From: Octopus vulgaris
Taxonomy: Eukaryota
DNA: 64,000 nucleotides
Assembly: GCA_951406725.2 (NCBI GenBank)
Contig: OX597838.1
Coordinates: 42,532,001 to 42,596,000 of the forward strand
Reading direction: 5' to 3'
Made by a program: the position numbers and the translations under genes. Shown piece after piece: positions 1-12,980 of this stretch (the first letter of the stretch is position 1; every line of letters starts with the position of its first letter). The notes below the pieces were generated by a model. That model was not told where the DNA came from. It saw only the letters and a list, made by a program, of their open reading frames with translations, and made no database searches.

Positions 1-211
1 TCAGGGACCAATAAAATAAATTACCAGTCAAATGCTAGGGTCAATGTAATCAAGTAACCCACCTACCCTTATAATTCCTGCCCCTTGTGCTAATATTAAA
101 AAGAATTTATTATTATCATGAAACCTCACAACTTATTTTGGTGGATATGATGGAAAGTGTCAGCTGTCCACAGCCGGCAGACTAAGGTGACACTTGTTTA
201 CTAGACATGCT

Positions 212-680
212 TCAAGAACCCTGCCAAGAATTCTTGCAGTTCCAAGCAATGCTTATTTTTCTAGGTGTTCTACCTTCAAACTTGTACCAATCTTTTTCAG
301 TCAAACTGATAGTTGAGTGCTGATACTTCCAACTGCACCAATTACTACTGGTATCATGTCTACTCTCCTCATTGACCTCAACCTTCCTATTTCCCACTTC
401 AAATCATCATAGTTGTTCAATTTCTCTTCTTCTTTCACATTGTCATTGGGTCATGCTACGTCAACTATCATGCATGTTCTTTCTTTTTTAAATTCACCAC
501 AACAATGTCCAGTTTCCAACATCTGGTCAGGTGATTGCACTGAATCATTGCATCCCACAGGATTTTGCAACTCTCATTCTCAGTGATTCCTTCTGGGATT
601 TGTTCATACCACGTCTTTGCTCTTTGTAGGCCGTAATTTCCACAGAGCTCCCAATGGAACATTCTTGCCATATTGTCATG
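212..680 (-). mobile_element. Degenerate C-terminal fragment of an RLE-endonuclease non-LTR retrotransposon (R4/Dong/NeSL-like)
   Basis: ORF 468..671 reads HWELCGNYGL...ENESCKILWDAMIQCNHLTRCWKLDIVVV, resembling the region around the PD-(D/E)xK endonuclease of R4-like elements; frameshifted downstream. Confidence 0.65.
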
Positions 681-865
681 TGGTCTTTATCATCATCATC
701 ATTATATTGTTTTAATTTTGTATGATATACCAGTTGTATTTGATATTTTAAATACGACATTGAAAGAATGTGGAGGACAGGATATTTTATGGCAGAGTGG
801 TTAGGGTAGGAAGAACACCTAACCCTATAGACTATGACAATAACTCATAAACTACTTTTAACATA

Positions 866-1245
866 GGCATGGCTGTGTGGCTAAGAAACTTGTTTTACAA
901 CCATGTGGTCGGGGGTGGGGGTGGGGGTGCAGTTCAGTCTCACTGTGCAGCACCTTGAGCAAGTGTCTTCTACTTTAGCCCCAGGCTGACCAATGCTTTG
1001 TTACACAGAAACTGTGTGGAAGCTCATTGTGTGTGTGTGTGCCTCTGTGTGTCCCTGTCATACACACACACACCTTACTAATTTTCAGCTGGTATTGGTT
1101 TGTTTACAGCCCTGTAGCTAAGAAATTCAGCAAAGGCACTGACAGAATAAGTACTAGAAACATATCAGTGCTGGAGTTGACTTGTTCAATAAAAACCCTT
1201 CATGGTGGTAGCCCAGCATGGCCACAGTCTAATGATAAAGGATAA
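866..1245 (+). mobile_element. tRNA-derived SINE
   Basis: Head ggcatggctgtgtggctaag, B-box-like gttcagtctcac, body ccttgagcaagtgtcttctac, 3' end cccagcatggccacagtc; family recurs throughout the window. Confidence 0.75.
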
Positions 1246-1254
1246 AGACATTGA

Positions 1255-1410
1255 TCTTCTTCTTCTTCTTCTTCTTCTTCTTCTTCTTCTTCTTCTTCTT
1301 CTTCTTCTTCTTCTTCTTCTTCTTCTTCTTCTTCTTCTTCTTCTTCTTCTTCTTCTTCTGCTGCTGCTGCTGTTGCTGCTTTTCTTCTTCTTCCTCCTCC
1401 TCCTCCCCTT
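1255..1410. repeat. (CTT)n microsatellite with CTG/CCT tail
   Basis: Direct observation. Confidence 0.97.
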
Positions 1411-1892
1411 CCTCTGCATCACATCACTCACGGACATCAGCTCCAACTCAAGAGCACAGACTGCCTTTTATTGGAGTTTTCATGGCTTCACTCTCAGACC
1501 AGCTGCAAGGTTTGCCAGTCCACGTGCAGGATGTTATTATGAGACACCATTCGCACGGCTGGCTATTGGCTCACAATGAGTTCCTCCATCTTTTGAAAGG
1601 TCTTATTTTCAGTTCTGCACAGTGTCCACAACATCCTCCACACCTGGCAAGCCAGATAGTGGGGGTGAGGTGGGGAGAGTGAAGGCCAGTTTAGTCACTG
1701 ACCACCATCTGACCATGAAACAGGTAGTACTGGGATACATGGTACCAGAAGCAGGATTTTCCTCACTTGACCTGAATCAAAATAAATAGGTCATATGATG
1801 GCCAGATGGATTTTAATTGCAGTGACTCAGTCTCTTGTTGGGTCGCAACCAGTCCTCTTCCTAATTCTAATTTTCTTTTAATTTTATTGCAG

Positions 1893-2104
1893 TCTTGTCA
1901 AACACTAATGAAGAACAGGAATCTGTAACGGAAGAATTAGATTTAGCCAGGAATGAAGATGTCAGCCCTGATTTGATGCCAACCCAGTGGGAATCGGAGA
2001 GCTTAAAGACATCCATGTCCCAGCCCTGCCCTCCACCTGGCTCTCCTACAAAGCAGAGATACATATCAGCCTCACTGCATGGCCAAGCAAGGAATACACT
2101 GGGG
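1893..2104 (+). CDS. Gene 1 (unidentified low-complexity protein), first exon in window
   Basis: Acceptor ttttattgcag, donor GGG|gtaagt; open frame LSNTNEEQES...ARNTLG; ends phase 0, matching next exon. Confidence 0.75.
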
Positions 2105-2214
2105 GTAAGTAAAAGCAGTTGTATTGAGGGGTGGGGAGTGATGGTGATAGTAGTGGTGGCGATGGTGGCAGTGGCAGCAGGCAGCTGGTAATGATGCTAC
2201 TGCCATTGTGGCTG

Positions 2215-2425
<211 letters not shown>

Positions 2426-3502
2426 TCCTCCCCACCTCCTGCTGACCAGGGGTTATCTCTAATTTCTATATCAATAAGCAGATAAGGCATAAAACCCTTC
2501 CTGCTCTTCAGAGTATCACAGTCAGCTTTTCACCAAAGAGCAGGATTGAACTCACATCATTTCCATAGAGTTCCCATGGGCCACAACAGTGAATTGTGTC
2601 ACCTACTGTAGCCTAGTTGTACTCAGCCATTTCAAGGCTTTTTGTTCCAGTCACAGACACCGTTCTGTACAAAGGAACAGAATATGAACAGACAGACAGA
2701 GCTCTTTATTAACAGGTCAAACATTCACAATTTTATCTTTGAATTTTAAAATAGTTTAATTATCTTGAATTTTTATTATTTCTATCAACCATTGGGTGGA
2801 GGGATGTCAAGGGGAAGCCAAACTGGGGCAACTACTGCAAGCAGGAACAGGGTCAAAACTAAATTACTTTGTAAACTTAAACATTATGCAGCCATGATTA
2901 TTAAGTAAGAAGCTTGCTTCCCAGCCACATGGTTCTGGGTTCAGTCCCACTGTACAGCACCTTGGGTTCCTTCCAAGTGGATTGGGTGGGCAGAAACTGA
3001 AAGACGCCCATTATGCGTGTACGTATGCACATGTGTATACACATGCATTGCATGCACATGCATGCATGCACGCATGTGTGTGTCTGTTTATATCTGTGTC
3101 TATCTCCCACAAAACCTGACAACCAGAGTTGGTTTGTTTACATCCATGTAACTTTGTTGTTTAGCAAAAGGAACCGATAGAATAAGTACCCGACTTTAAA
3201 AACACTGTGATGCAATGACAGAAACAAGCAAAAGATAAAAGGCTGTTGTGCTACCAACTAAAGTCATAACAGACAGAGAATAGTCCACTCAGACCAACGA
3301 AAAGTACTTTTGGCCAAAAGGGAAGGGAATCCAGCCCTCCTCGAAACCATGCCAAAGCTGGTACAATGTAGCCTTGTGGCTCGTTGGATCCTATCAAACC
3401 ATCTAACTCATACCAGCTTGGAAGACAGACGTTAAATAATGATGATGACGACGACAATGACGATGATGATGTTATAAGTCTCTTTTTCTCCTTTTTTCAT
3501 AG

Positions 3503-3790
3503 ATGTCAACTCAAACTTCTTTGAGTCTGCAACTGACTCAAGCCTCTTTCAGTTTCCATGTTGTCATTTGTCTCTGAGTTCATCTAGCTTTTATATTCTG
3601 AAACCACTAAATTACCAATCTCTGTTGAGTGGCATATTCTTCAGCAAAGAAACACTTGACATTTACAACCATTTACTTGATGCATTTCCTGATGAGAATA
3701 AAGTCTATCTGGCTGTGTGCTTGCTTGATTGGTAAATGATCACGTGACTGGACGGCTGGTGGTGGGGGGTCGTTTTCATCATAGAACTGC
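3503..3790 (-). mobile_element. RTE LINE endonuclease-region relic
   Basis: Minus strand reads SQIDFILIRK...VVNVKCFFAEEYATQQRLVI, similar to SQIDFILTR...TKTLLGEECTPQHR of the RTE at about 52420-52510. Confidence 0.55.
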
Positions 3791-4496
3791 AGCTGTCTTC
3801 ATCTATCATCATTCTACTTACCATACACACCCATAGCCTCCATGTACACCAAACAAGTGATTAATGGTGTCAACCCAGATTAATTAAGCCAAACCTAAGC
3901 ACAATGAAATAATATCAATTCAGAAATTACAAAGTTAATTTGATGCTCTCCACTTTCTCTTGCCATTTACTAGTCAAATTTCTATTAAATATTAACTATG
4001 TTCTCCTTAAAAATAGTTGCTTGGCAACAGTGAGTGGAATGAGGGGGGGGTGGCTGTAGGTTTGATATTAACCCGTTTATTGCAAGGGAGGTAACTAGTG
4101 CCTTCTCAAATTTCTTTTTGTCGAGCACCCCTCCCCCCCACTCCCTCCGTCTCACTGTTAAACTTGCTACGCCACATAATTTAATTTTCATTTTAAATAA
4201 ATTATTAGGCTTCTCATTGTCCAGCCATTATTCAAGCTGGCTCTGAAAGCTTCTGCAATGTTATCTCACCATTTTGAGACCACTGACACCCTGATTGTTT
4301 TTGCATTTGGTATCTTTCAGTGAATTTATTTGTTTCAGTTGTTGGACTGCGACCATGCTGGGGCACCACCTTGAAAGGTTTTAGCTTAATAAATCACCCC
4401 CCCCCCCCCAGTAATTATGCTTGCATCCTGTTAAGTTTGGCACTTATTCTATCGGCCCCCTTTTGCCAAATAATTTCTCTTTTTCTTAATTAATAG

Positions 4497-5121
4497 GCTA
4501 ACAAAGAAAATATGGTGAAAAATTATAATTTGACTAATGAAGCCCTCAATTATCCAAGTACAGTTCAACCTCCAATTTTAGATTCACAGAAATCTCCCCA
4601 GAATTCAGTTTTGCATTCAAGATCTTTGTTCCATAGAAATCAGCAACCACCACCACCACCACCACCACAAATGACAATTCCATTTAACAGTGTCGCTGCT
4701 TCCTTTCCAGCACCTCTAAGAAATCTGAAAAAAGAATCTTCATTTAACAATCATTCCAATAAAATTAGAAGTGATGAGTTAGCTGATGATAGCTCAGCAG
4801 AACAATTGGTTCCCAGGGCTAAAATGGCACCAGTTAATGTACTGCACCAAAAACCACCATTGAGGTCTGCTCTTGTAGCCAGAAACAATATTCCTCAGCC
4901 TGGAATGAATTCAGAAAGTAATTCCAACAACAACAACAATATCAACAAACCTTGGTCGCCTAAACATCCACCTCAAAGAAGTATAACTGCTTCAAACAAC
5001 TCCAGGAAAATTATGGATCCCAAAGGATCACAGAATATTCATGGAGCTTCAATATCATCCCTTTCAAAAGACTTTCTACAGTTGAATAGGTCAAATTCTT
5101 CAAATCTCACACAGAATACAG
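4497..5121 (+). CDS. Gene 1 exon (625 bp, Ser/Pro/Asn-rich)
   Basis: Acceptor ttttcttaattaatag, phase 0 start GCT AAC AAA GAA AAT ATG into ORF 4512..5147; donor G|gttggt, phase 1. Confidence 0.85.
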
Positions 5122-5517
5122 GTTGGTATATACAACTATTTTGTTAACATTTTCACATTCTTAACCCTTTCTCAATGAAATTAAATGTCATGGTTATTCC
5201 AGGAATGATATTAAATTTCTACCCAAAAATAGAATTGGCATTTTCTGCATGTCACGTTGCCTCAATAAACTTGACATATCTCAACAGAAAATGGTTTCAA
5301 ACATGACATTCCTCAACAAAAGATAGATTAGTATATAAAACTGCTTTCTGCAGTTAAGGGAAATGTAATTTTGAGTGGATGTATGTGATCCCTGCAGTAA
5401 AAGAGTTAGTTCACCTTTAAATCTTTCTCTTACATCAATCCTCCCAGCAGAGAAATGAGGATTAATTAATTAATTTCAAAAGCAGTGAAATGTCTCATAG
5501 TTGTTGCAGTTGTTGTT

Positions 5518-5550
<33 letters not shown>

Positions 5551-5759
5551 TTGCAGCTGCTGTTGATTTTTCATTCTCACCCACTCACCCAAATTAACTT
5601 GCTCAGATAAAACTATGGTCAGAGGTGTTTCAACCAAGAACACCCTAACTTTTAGAGATATCTAGAACTATATTATATTCGATGTGTCCCTTTTTCAAAA
5701 CAATAACAAGTAATTTGGTGGAATTTTGCTGCTATTTCTGTTTGAATAATCACATAGAG

Positions 5760-5978
5760 CAGTGCTTTTCAAACTTTTTGCTGGAGCGGAACCCCAAGGA
5801 AACATTCCACTGGCTCGAGGAACCCCTGTGCAATAATTTAATAGTCTTATGCACACATATCTGCACAGGAGAATTAAAATTTACTGCCGATTTTAGCAGT
5901 TTTGTAACTTCTTGCGGAACCCCTGGACTATACTGGCGGAACCCTAAGGTTCCGCGGAACCCTGGTTGAAAACCACTG
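5760..5978. mobile_element. hAT-type MITE
   Basis: TIRs cagtgcttttcaa / ttgaaaaccactg; exact 8-bp TSD acatagag (5752-5759, 5979-5986); subterminal gcggaaccc repeats. Confidence 0.9.
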
Positions 5979-7255
5979 ACATAGAGGCTTACTCGTTGTT
6001 TTGTCAATTCACCAGATTGTTGTTAGTATTTAGCTTTAGCTCAGCTTTGATCAAGGATACTTTATAATTAAAGGCAATCCAACTGTGACCATCCTGTCTG
6101 TTTGTATATCATGTACTATATCATTTAATCTGTCTCTATCCATTTTTCAAGATGATATGATGGTAGGATGTTTAAGGGAATTTGACACCTATTTCTAGCA
6201 GGTTGAACAACCATAGCAACTCCCCCATCAGATCACTATTGTAAGCAGGTTGTGTAGTATATGATGGCGCCAGTGTTTCGTTTGTTTTGGGGCTGAACTC
6301 ACCTTTTCATCTTGACTATGAGAGAGGGAAAGGGAGAGAGAGAGAGAGAGAGAGAGTAATGGTAGAGAACACTTCTCCAGTCTCCCTTGAATTCTACTTG
6401 GATACAGTCATCAATGGAACCCGAACAACCTGAAAATCATACAGTATCTTTTCCCTGTAAGTAAAGAGAAATGAGGTTGTGTGTATAATTAAGTATCTTT
6501 AAACAAAATAGACTAACCAAATTTTACTTGCTGCACTTTTGAACTCAAGCTCCACAAGGTGACAGTCAAATATTTTCCTATCAAGTGTACTTCTTGGTCA
6601 TCTCCCTTTGACAACATTATATGGAATTCATACATTATTTCCAATCAGATGATGTATATGCAGTATCACAAGGTCTTAGTACAATTGGTTTTAAATTCAT
6701 ACTATACCACTGTCATCTGCTACACTATGACACTATTATTTGCCATAAAATGACACTCTTTCCTACTACGCTATGATGCTATTATCTGCTACCCTGTGAC
6801 CTTCTGCATTATGACTTCTTTCATTCATCAAAGGTGTCGTATAACTTCATTGAAGCCACATATAATCATAGCAGTTAACCAGCAAGTTTTGAGAGCAGCA
6901 TTTGACATGTTTTGACCTGCAGATCACAGTTGTAAATAGATAAAAACTCAGCTTGTTTTCAGTACACCAAAAGCTAATGTTATCTTGTAAGAAGTGCTTT
7001 TCAGATATTAAAAGCTTGAGCATTTGATTGAAATGAGTTGAAAAAGTAAAAGAATGCAAGTTTACCATAAGTAGAGAAAATGTCTTGACTCTTTAGTCAG
7101 AATTCTTCATTGGTAACTACAATCTAGTAAAAAGTCCTTTTCAAAATGTTAGATATTTCTTCCCCTCCTGGAAACTAAGACATCCCATATTTTCAAGTGA
7201 ATAAACCTCCTGTAGTAATTATATTTGGCTTGAGTTGAAAAGACTGGAGATATGT

Positions 7256-7328
7256 GTACCTTTAGTTCAGCTGGGAGAGTGTTGGACTGGGGACCTAAAG
7301 CTCCCTTGTTCAATTCCAGGTTTCAGCA
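7256..7328 (+). pseudogene. Degenerate tRNA-Phe(GAA)-derived pseudogene
   Basis: tagttcagctgggagagtgttggactggggacctaaagctcccttgttcaattccaggtttcagca aligns without gaps to eukaryotic tRNA-Phe positions 8-73; anticodon position reads GGG; 5' acceptor strand lost. Confidence 0.75.
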
Positions 7329-7356
7329 TTTCACAACTTATACTTTTAGGAGAAGT

Positions 7357-7805
<449 letters not shown>

Positions 7806-8005
7806 TAGAGACACAAGAGTGGAAATTCAAGGGAAAGTGTTAGTCAATTACTTCAACCCCAGTATTTGGATGGTATTTTAATGACTCTGGAGAGACAAAG
7901 AGCAAAGTTAGCCTTGGCACGATTTGAACTCAGAACATCAAAAGCCAGAACAAACCACCACAAGACATTTTGTTCACTACTCTATCAATTCTGCTAATCC
8001 ACTGC

Positions 8006-8156
8006 CAGGGCTGGCCCTAGGGTTGCTGGTGCCCCAGCACCCTTACAAGTATAATTTTAAAAAACTTTCACAAGGAGAAAACCTGAAAATGTAGACTAAA
8101 AAGTACATGGTGCCCCGGGCGACTGCTCGAGTTGCTGGTGCCTTGAGCCAGCCCTG
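8006..8156. mobile_element. hAT-type MITE
   Basis: TIRs cagggctggc / gccagccctg; exact 8-bp TSD tccactgc (7998-8005, 8157-8164). Confidence 0.88.
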
Positions 8157-8829
8157 TCCACTGCCCTTCTACAAATAAATGATTTTCAAGTGATATCACC
8201 TTTTATTCTCTCATCATTTACTTGGTTTCAAATGGAATGGTCAAACAGGTAGGATGCTATTTTGTGGGGGAATGAAATGAAACCAGTTTGTCTTTGACCT
8301 ACTGCTCTCTCACTATCCCCTAAATAAAAAGTACTTGACCAGAGAGAAGATAAGTGAGAGGGACCACTTCTGTAGTTGCCATAGTAACAATAGGAAACCA
8401 GATTAACTGGGTGTTGTTTACATAATTTAAAGTTTGTTTAAACAATATCATACAATCAGTGGACAGATATGAGTTTTCACTGTGACCACAACCATAACTC
8501 CATCAGTCCACAATTTATACTTTAGCAGCATGGAAAATAGACTTTAAATGTTGATGAGGCTGCGAAAAAAGAGAAAAAATAAATAAAATGCCTGGAGAGA
8601 CAGAGAGGATGAGAGAGGAAATATTTCATTGTTTTCAAAATAATTAGTGGTGGGGAGAGTTTAAAATATTAATGAGATGCTGTAGATGTCTGAAGTACCA
8701 AGGGAAAACGTTGGGCTGTCTCTTTACAGACAAGGAAACAGCAATCAAGCGTCTTCACTTCATTATATTTCATAGTTTTTCAGCAACATTCAAGCAATAT
8801 TCTATTTATTATTATTGTGGTCGTGGTCG

Positions 8830-8860
<31 letters not shown>

Positions 8861-8925
8861 TATCACCACCACCACCACCACCACCACCACCACCACCACC
8901 ACCACCACTTTACTTCTCAGAACGT

Positions 8926-9104
8926 TCGGTCTTGTTTGTTCTGGTAGATTCTGTGAGAGTGGATAGCAGCCTGCTGTCAGAGGTCTCACAGGGTCTCTTT
9001 CCACACATTATAAGCTTTCATACTTGGTTGTTAATTACCATGGGAGACATTCAATATCCAAGTACCACTCTCAAAATCCTAGCTGTCCCCAACAGAGCAG
9101 CTTT
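8926..9104 (-). mobile_element. 3' end of an R4/Dong-like non-LTR element
   Basis: Minus strand KAALLGTARILRVVLGY-stop, typical C-terminus of RLE-type elements; flanked by trinucleotide repeats. Confidence 0.6.
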
Positions 9105-9127
9105 TACTGCTACTGGTGCTGCTGCTG

Positions 9128-9164
<37 letters not shown>

Positions 9165-9184
9165 TACTATTAGTATTATTATTG

Positions 9185-9400
9185 AAGCAGTGAAATTATT
9201 GCCACATTGGACAAAATGTTTAATGGCGTTTCTCCTGACTTTACATTCCAAGTTCAAATTCCACCAAAGTTAATTTTGCCTTTTATCCTTTCAGGGCCAA
9301 TGAATAAGGTACCAGCTGACCACTGGGGTCGATGTAATGAGTAATCCTCCCCCCACCAAAACATTTCAGGTCTTGTACCTAGAGTAGAAAAGTGTTATTA
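9185..9400 (+). mobile_element. SINE of a second family (Nin/Deu-domain-like core)
   Basis: B-box-like gttcaaattcc followed by tttgccttttatcctttcagggccaatgaataaggtaccag; same family as the 29.7-33.4 kb array. Confidence 0.65.
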
Positions 9401-9745
9401 TTACTATTGAAACACATTTCTATTGTGTCTAACAAGGCTATAGTTTTATGCAGTAATTGGAATAATTCCAGTGCCATCCAAGATCTCCTACTTTACATTC
9501 CAGTTATATATTTTTGAACTTTAATCTTTGCACTTAGTTTTGCTAGTTCATTCAAGGATTTTTTATTTTCATCTGCAAGAATCAATACTTCCAAATACTT
9601 TTTTCATCTGAAAGTATCAATTTAATTGATAGCTGTATGGTTCAATGAGAAGCACCTTGGAGAAATGTCTTCAACTGTAGCTGTAAGTTGACTAATGTCT
9701 TGAAAGTGGAATTTGATAACTGGATACTTTGTGAAAGACTATATG

Positions 9746-9781
<36 letters not shown>

Positions 9782-9784
<3 letters not shown>

Positions 9785-9962
9785 AGATCGTTAGCTACTA
9801 CACACATTTTTTTTCTCTCCTTGTTTTTTCTGTGTATCTTTCTGTCGAAGAGCGTAGGCTCAAAACGTAAAAGACTTTTTCTATTCCTGAGCGCTATACT
9901 AATACATCAGTTTGTTTGTACACTACTGCCTTTGTCTTTTGTTTATTTTCGTAAACTTTCCC
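9782..9962 (+). mobile_element. Solo Penelope-like pseudo-LTR flanked by (TA)n
   Basis: Reverse-complement match to 57793-57973, which lies 3' of the GIY-YIG ORF. Confidence 0.75.
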
Positions 9963-10060
9963 TTTATATATATATATGTATACAAATAAATGAAAGAATG
10001 GAGTTGAACGTCGATTTAACAAAATTCCTTTATTCTCGACATATGTTTCGAACCTATAAG

Positions 10061-10159
10061 TTCCTTGTCTTTCCTGATGAGAAGGCGGCATGATGCACCC
10101 CTTATTCCTTCGAAATTAGGAATATGCAGTCTTCGAAACATATGTCGAGAATAAAGGAA
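10061..10159 (+). ncRNA. Type I hammerhead ribozyme (predicted cleavage after C10146)
   Basis: CUGAUGA 10074-10080; stem II GAAGGCGGCAU/AUGCAGUCUUC; GAAA 10135-10138; minimal stem III AC-AUAU-GU; GUC triplet; stem I uuccuu-guc-uuuc / gaga-aua-aaggaa with 3x3 internal loop. Confidence 0.7.
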
Positions 10160-10424
10160 TTTTGTTAAATCAACGTTCAACTCCATTCTTTCATTTATTT
10201 GTATTAAAAAAACACACAAATTTCCACACAAAAGCACGTGATCTCTGCCCTTGGCATGTAGCTTCAACCGTGTTTTTCTGACATGAATTTGCTACCCGGG
10301 TACCGGTTAACCGAATTATCCATACTAGGATAATTCATTCAACTACTTATATATATATATATATATACATATACATATTTCTGCCTTCATTTTTTTTCCT
10401 CTCTCCATCTGTTTTCTTTCTTCA

Positions 10425-11110
10425 GTTTCTTTTAGTTTCCATCTGCCAAATCCACTCACAAGGCTTTGGTCAAACCAAGGGTTTAGTAGAAGACACCTGC
10501 CCAAGGTTCCACAGAGTGGGACTAAACCTGGAACCATGTAGTTGGGAAGTAAGATTCTTGTCACAAAGCCATGCCTGTGCATATAGAGGTGTGGTTGTGT
10601 GGCAAGAAGCTTGCTCGCCAACCACATAGTTCCAGGTTCAGTCCCACTGTGTGGCACCTTGGGCAAGTGTCTTCTGCTATAGCCTCAGGCCAACCAAAGC
10701 CTTGTGAGTGGATTCGGTAGACAGAAACTAAAAGAAACCCAGTGTGTATATATATATATACACACACACATACATACACATATAAAACACGCTTGTGAAG
10801 TCTTATTGAGTCAAGTGAAGTCATTGTCACGGCTGATGACAGTACCACTTGATTGGCACCCATGCCGGTAGCACATAAAAAGCACCATTTGAGCATGGTT
10901 GATGCCAGTGCTGCCTGACTGGCCCTCATGCTGGTGGTACATAAAAAGCATCCAATTCACTTTCAACGTGGTTGGCATTAGGAAGGGCATCCAGTTGTAG
11001 AAACTTTGCAGATCAGATTGGAGCCTGATGCAGCCTTCTGGCTTGCCAGCCCTCAGTCAAACCCTCCAACCCATACCAGCATGGGAAGCAGACGTTAAAC
11101 GACAATGTAT
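10425..11110. mobile_element. Head-to-head SINE pair (minus 10425-10577; plus 10586-11110 ending in the RTE-type tail)
   Basis: Two SINE heads in opposite orientation about 10 bp apart; plus copy ends agcagacgttaaacga. Confidence 0.8.
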
Positions 11111-11120
11111 GATGTTTATG

Positions 11121-11179
<59 letters not shown>

Positions 11180-11415
11180 ATATATTTATGTGTGTATATT
11201 TGTCTTCCCCCCCACCATTGCTTGACAACCAATGTTGGTGTATTGACATCTCTGTAACTTAGCGGTTCGGCAAGGAAACTGATAGAATAAGCACCAGGCT
11301 TACAAAGAATAAGTCCAGGGTTGATTTCTTTGACTAAAAGCCAGTGCTCCAGCATAGCCACAGTCAAATGACTAAACAAATAAAAGAATAAAAGACTACA
11401 TATATAGATATATAC

Positions 11416-12160
11416 ATCATCATCATCATCATTTAATGTCCATTGTCCATGCTGGCATGAGTTAGTTTGACCAGAGCTGGCAAGATGGAGACCTGCACGA
11501 GTCTCCAGTCTGATTTGGTTTCGACAGCTGGATGTCCTTCGTTTACAGAGTGTGCTGGATGATTTTACGTGGCAATGCAAGAGTGCTTTTTACATGGCAC
11601 TGGCACAAGACTCTTGCAGGCCAATCCTCCCCTTCACCGGGTGGGGGTGGGGGCTTAACACTTCTGCTGTGGAGGACAGGTCTTCTTGAGTACAGCAAGG
11701 TGCCAGACCTCTCGGTCCTTTGTCATCTGAAAGGTTCAGCATCCTGAGTGTGTGCTTCAGTACTTCATCCCATGTCTTTTGGGGTCTCCCTCTTCCACTT
11801 GCTCCATCGACTATGAGAGAATGGTAATTTCTTTTGTCAGCACCCATCCACACCACATGACCAAATCACCACTCCCCTTTCTTGCACGTGGCATCTAATT
11901 CCTCTGATACACTAGCATTCTGTCGAACATATTACACTTACATTACACACCCAGCCCCATTTCTCTCTAACCTTCACCTCTCCTCTGCATTCAGGGCCAA
12001 CGTCTCACTACCATGTAGAACTGCTGTCCATACACATGCCTCGTACAATCTTCCTTTCACTCTCTGAACTTCCTCCATCTTATTCTTATTCTAGCTATTA
12101 CATTCTCTGTGCATCCTCCCCCACTACTAATTTGGTCCCCTAGGTAGAAGAAACTATCTA
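11416..12160 (-). mobile_element. 3' fragment of RTE LINE
   Basis: Minus strand GRGRPQKTWDEVLKH and RLYEACVWTAVLHGSET motifs like those at 54390-54730; (GAT)n tail. Confidence 0.8.
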
Positions 12161-12804
12161 AAGTATGTGTGTACATATATATTCTTTTACAGTTTTTTTG
12201 CATGTTGACCGTGGCCATGCTGGAGTGCCCACCACCTTGAAAGGTTTCACTGGATCATGTTGATCCCTCTACATATTTTTAACTCCAGTAAAATATTTAG
12301 CTGTGTATATTTATCCCACTGCTAATGTCTAAAACATAAACTCACATTGCTTCTTCTTCAAGTGACGCAAACACACACACCTGTGCATTCATATCCATAC
12401 GTGTGTGTGTGTGTGCGTGTGCGTGTGTGTGTGTGCGTGTGCGTGTGTGTGTGTGCGTGTGTGTGTGTGCGTGTGCGTGTGCGGTAGAGCAAGCAGGAGA
12501 AATTATAATAAAAAATAATAATAATAATGAAATTATTGTATACAGTGCTCAGGTGCACCACAAGATAGAAGCCAGTACGTGAATATGTATACTTTTTTTT
12601 ATATTTAATCAACAGAAAGTTAGAAAAGTAACGCAAAGGGCAAGAGTTTGGGACATGGTCCTTAGCAAATAATTATATATACTGTATATATATATATCTA
12701 TAGCTATATATATATATATATATATGTATATGTATATATTATACGCACGCATGTGTGTATGTACGTTTGGTAGTACAAACATGTTAGATAGAACTCAAAA
12801 TGTG

Positions 12805-12849
<45 letters not shown>

Positions 12850-12888
12850 GAATAACTTTGGAACTTTTGCCAATTAAAAAATAAAGTT

Positions 12889-12980
<92 letters not shown>

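Noticed and set aside
3503-3735. Open + strand frame after a good acceptor (possible extra exon of gene 1)
   Set aside because: Phase incompatible with the 2104 donor, and the minus strand matches RTE endonuclease motifs
5161-5410. piggyBac-like MITE (ttaaccc...gagttag)
   Set aside because: Right end lacks an intact TTAA and the TIR match is too weak to support
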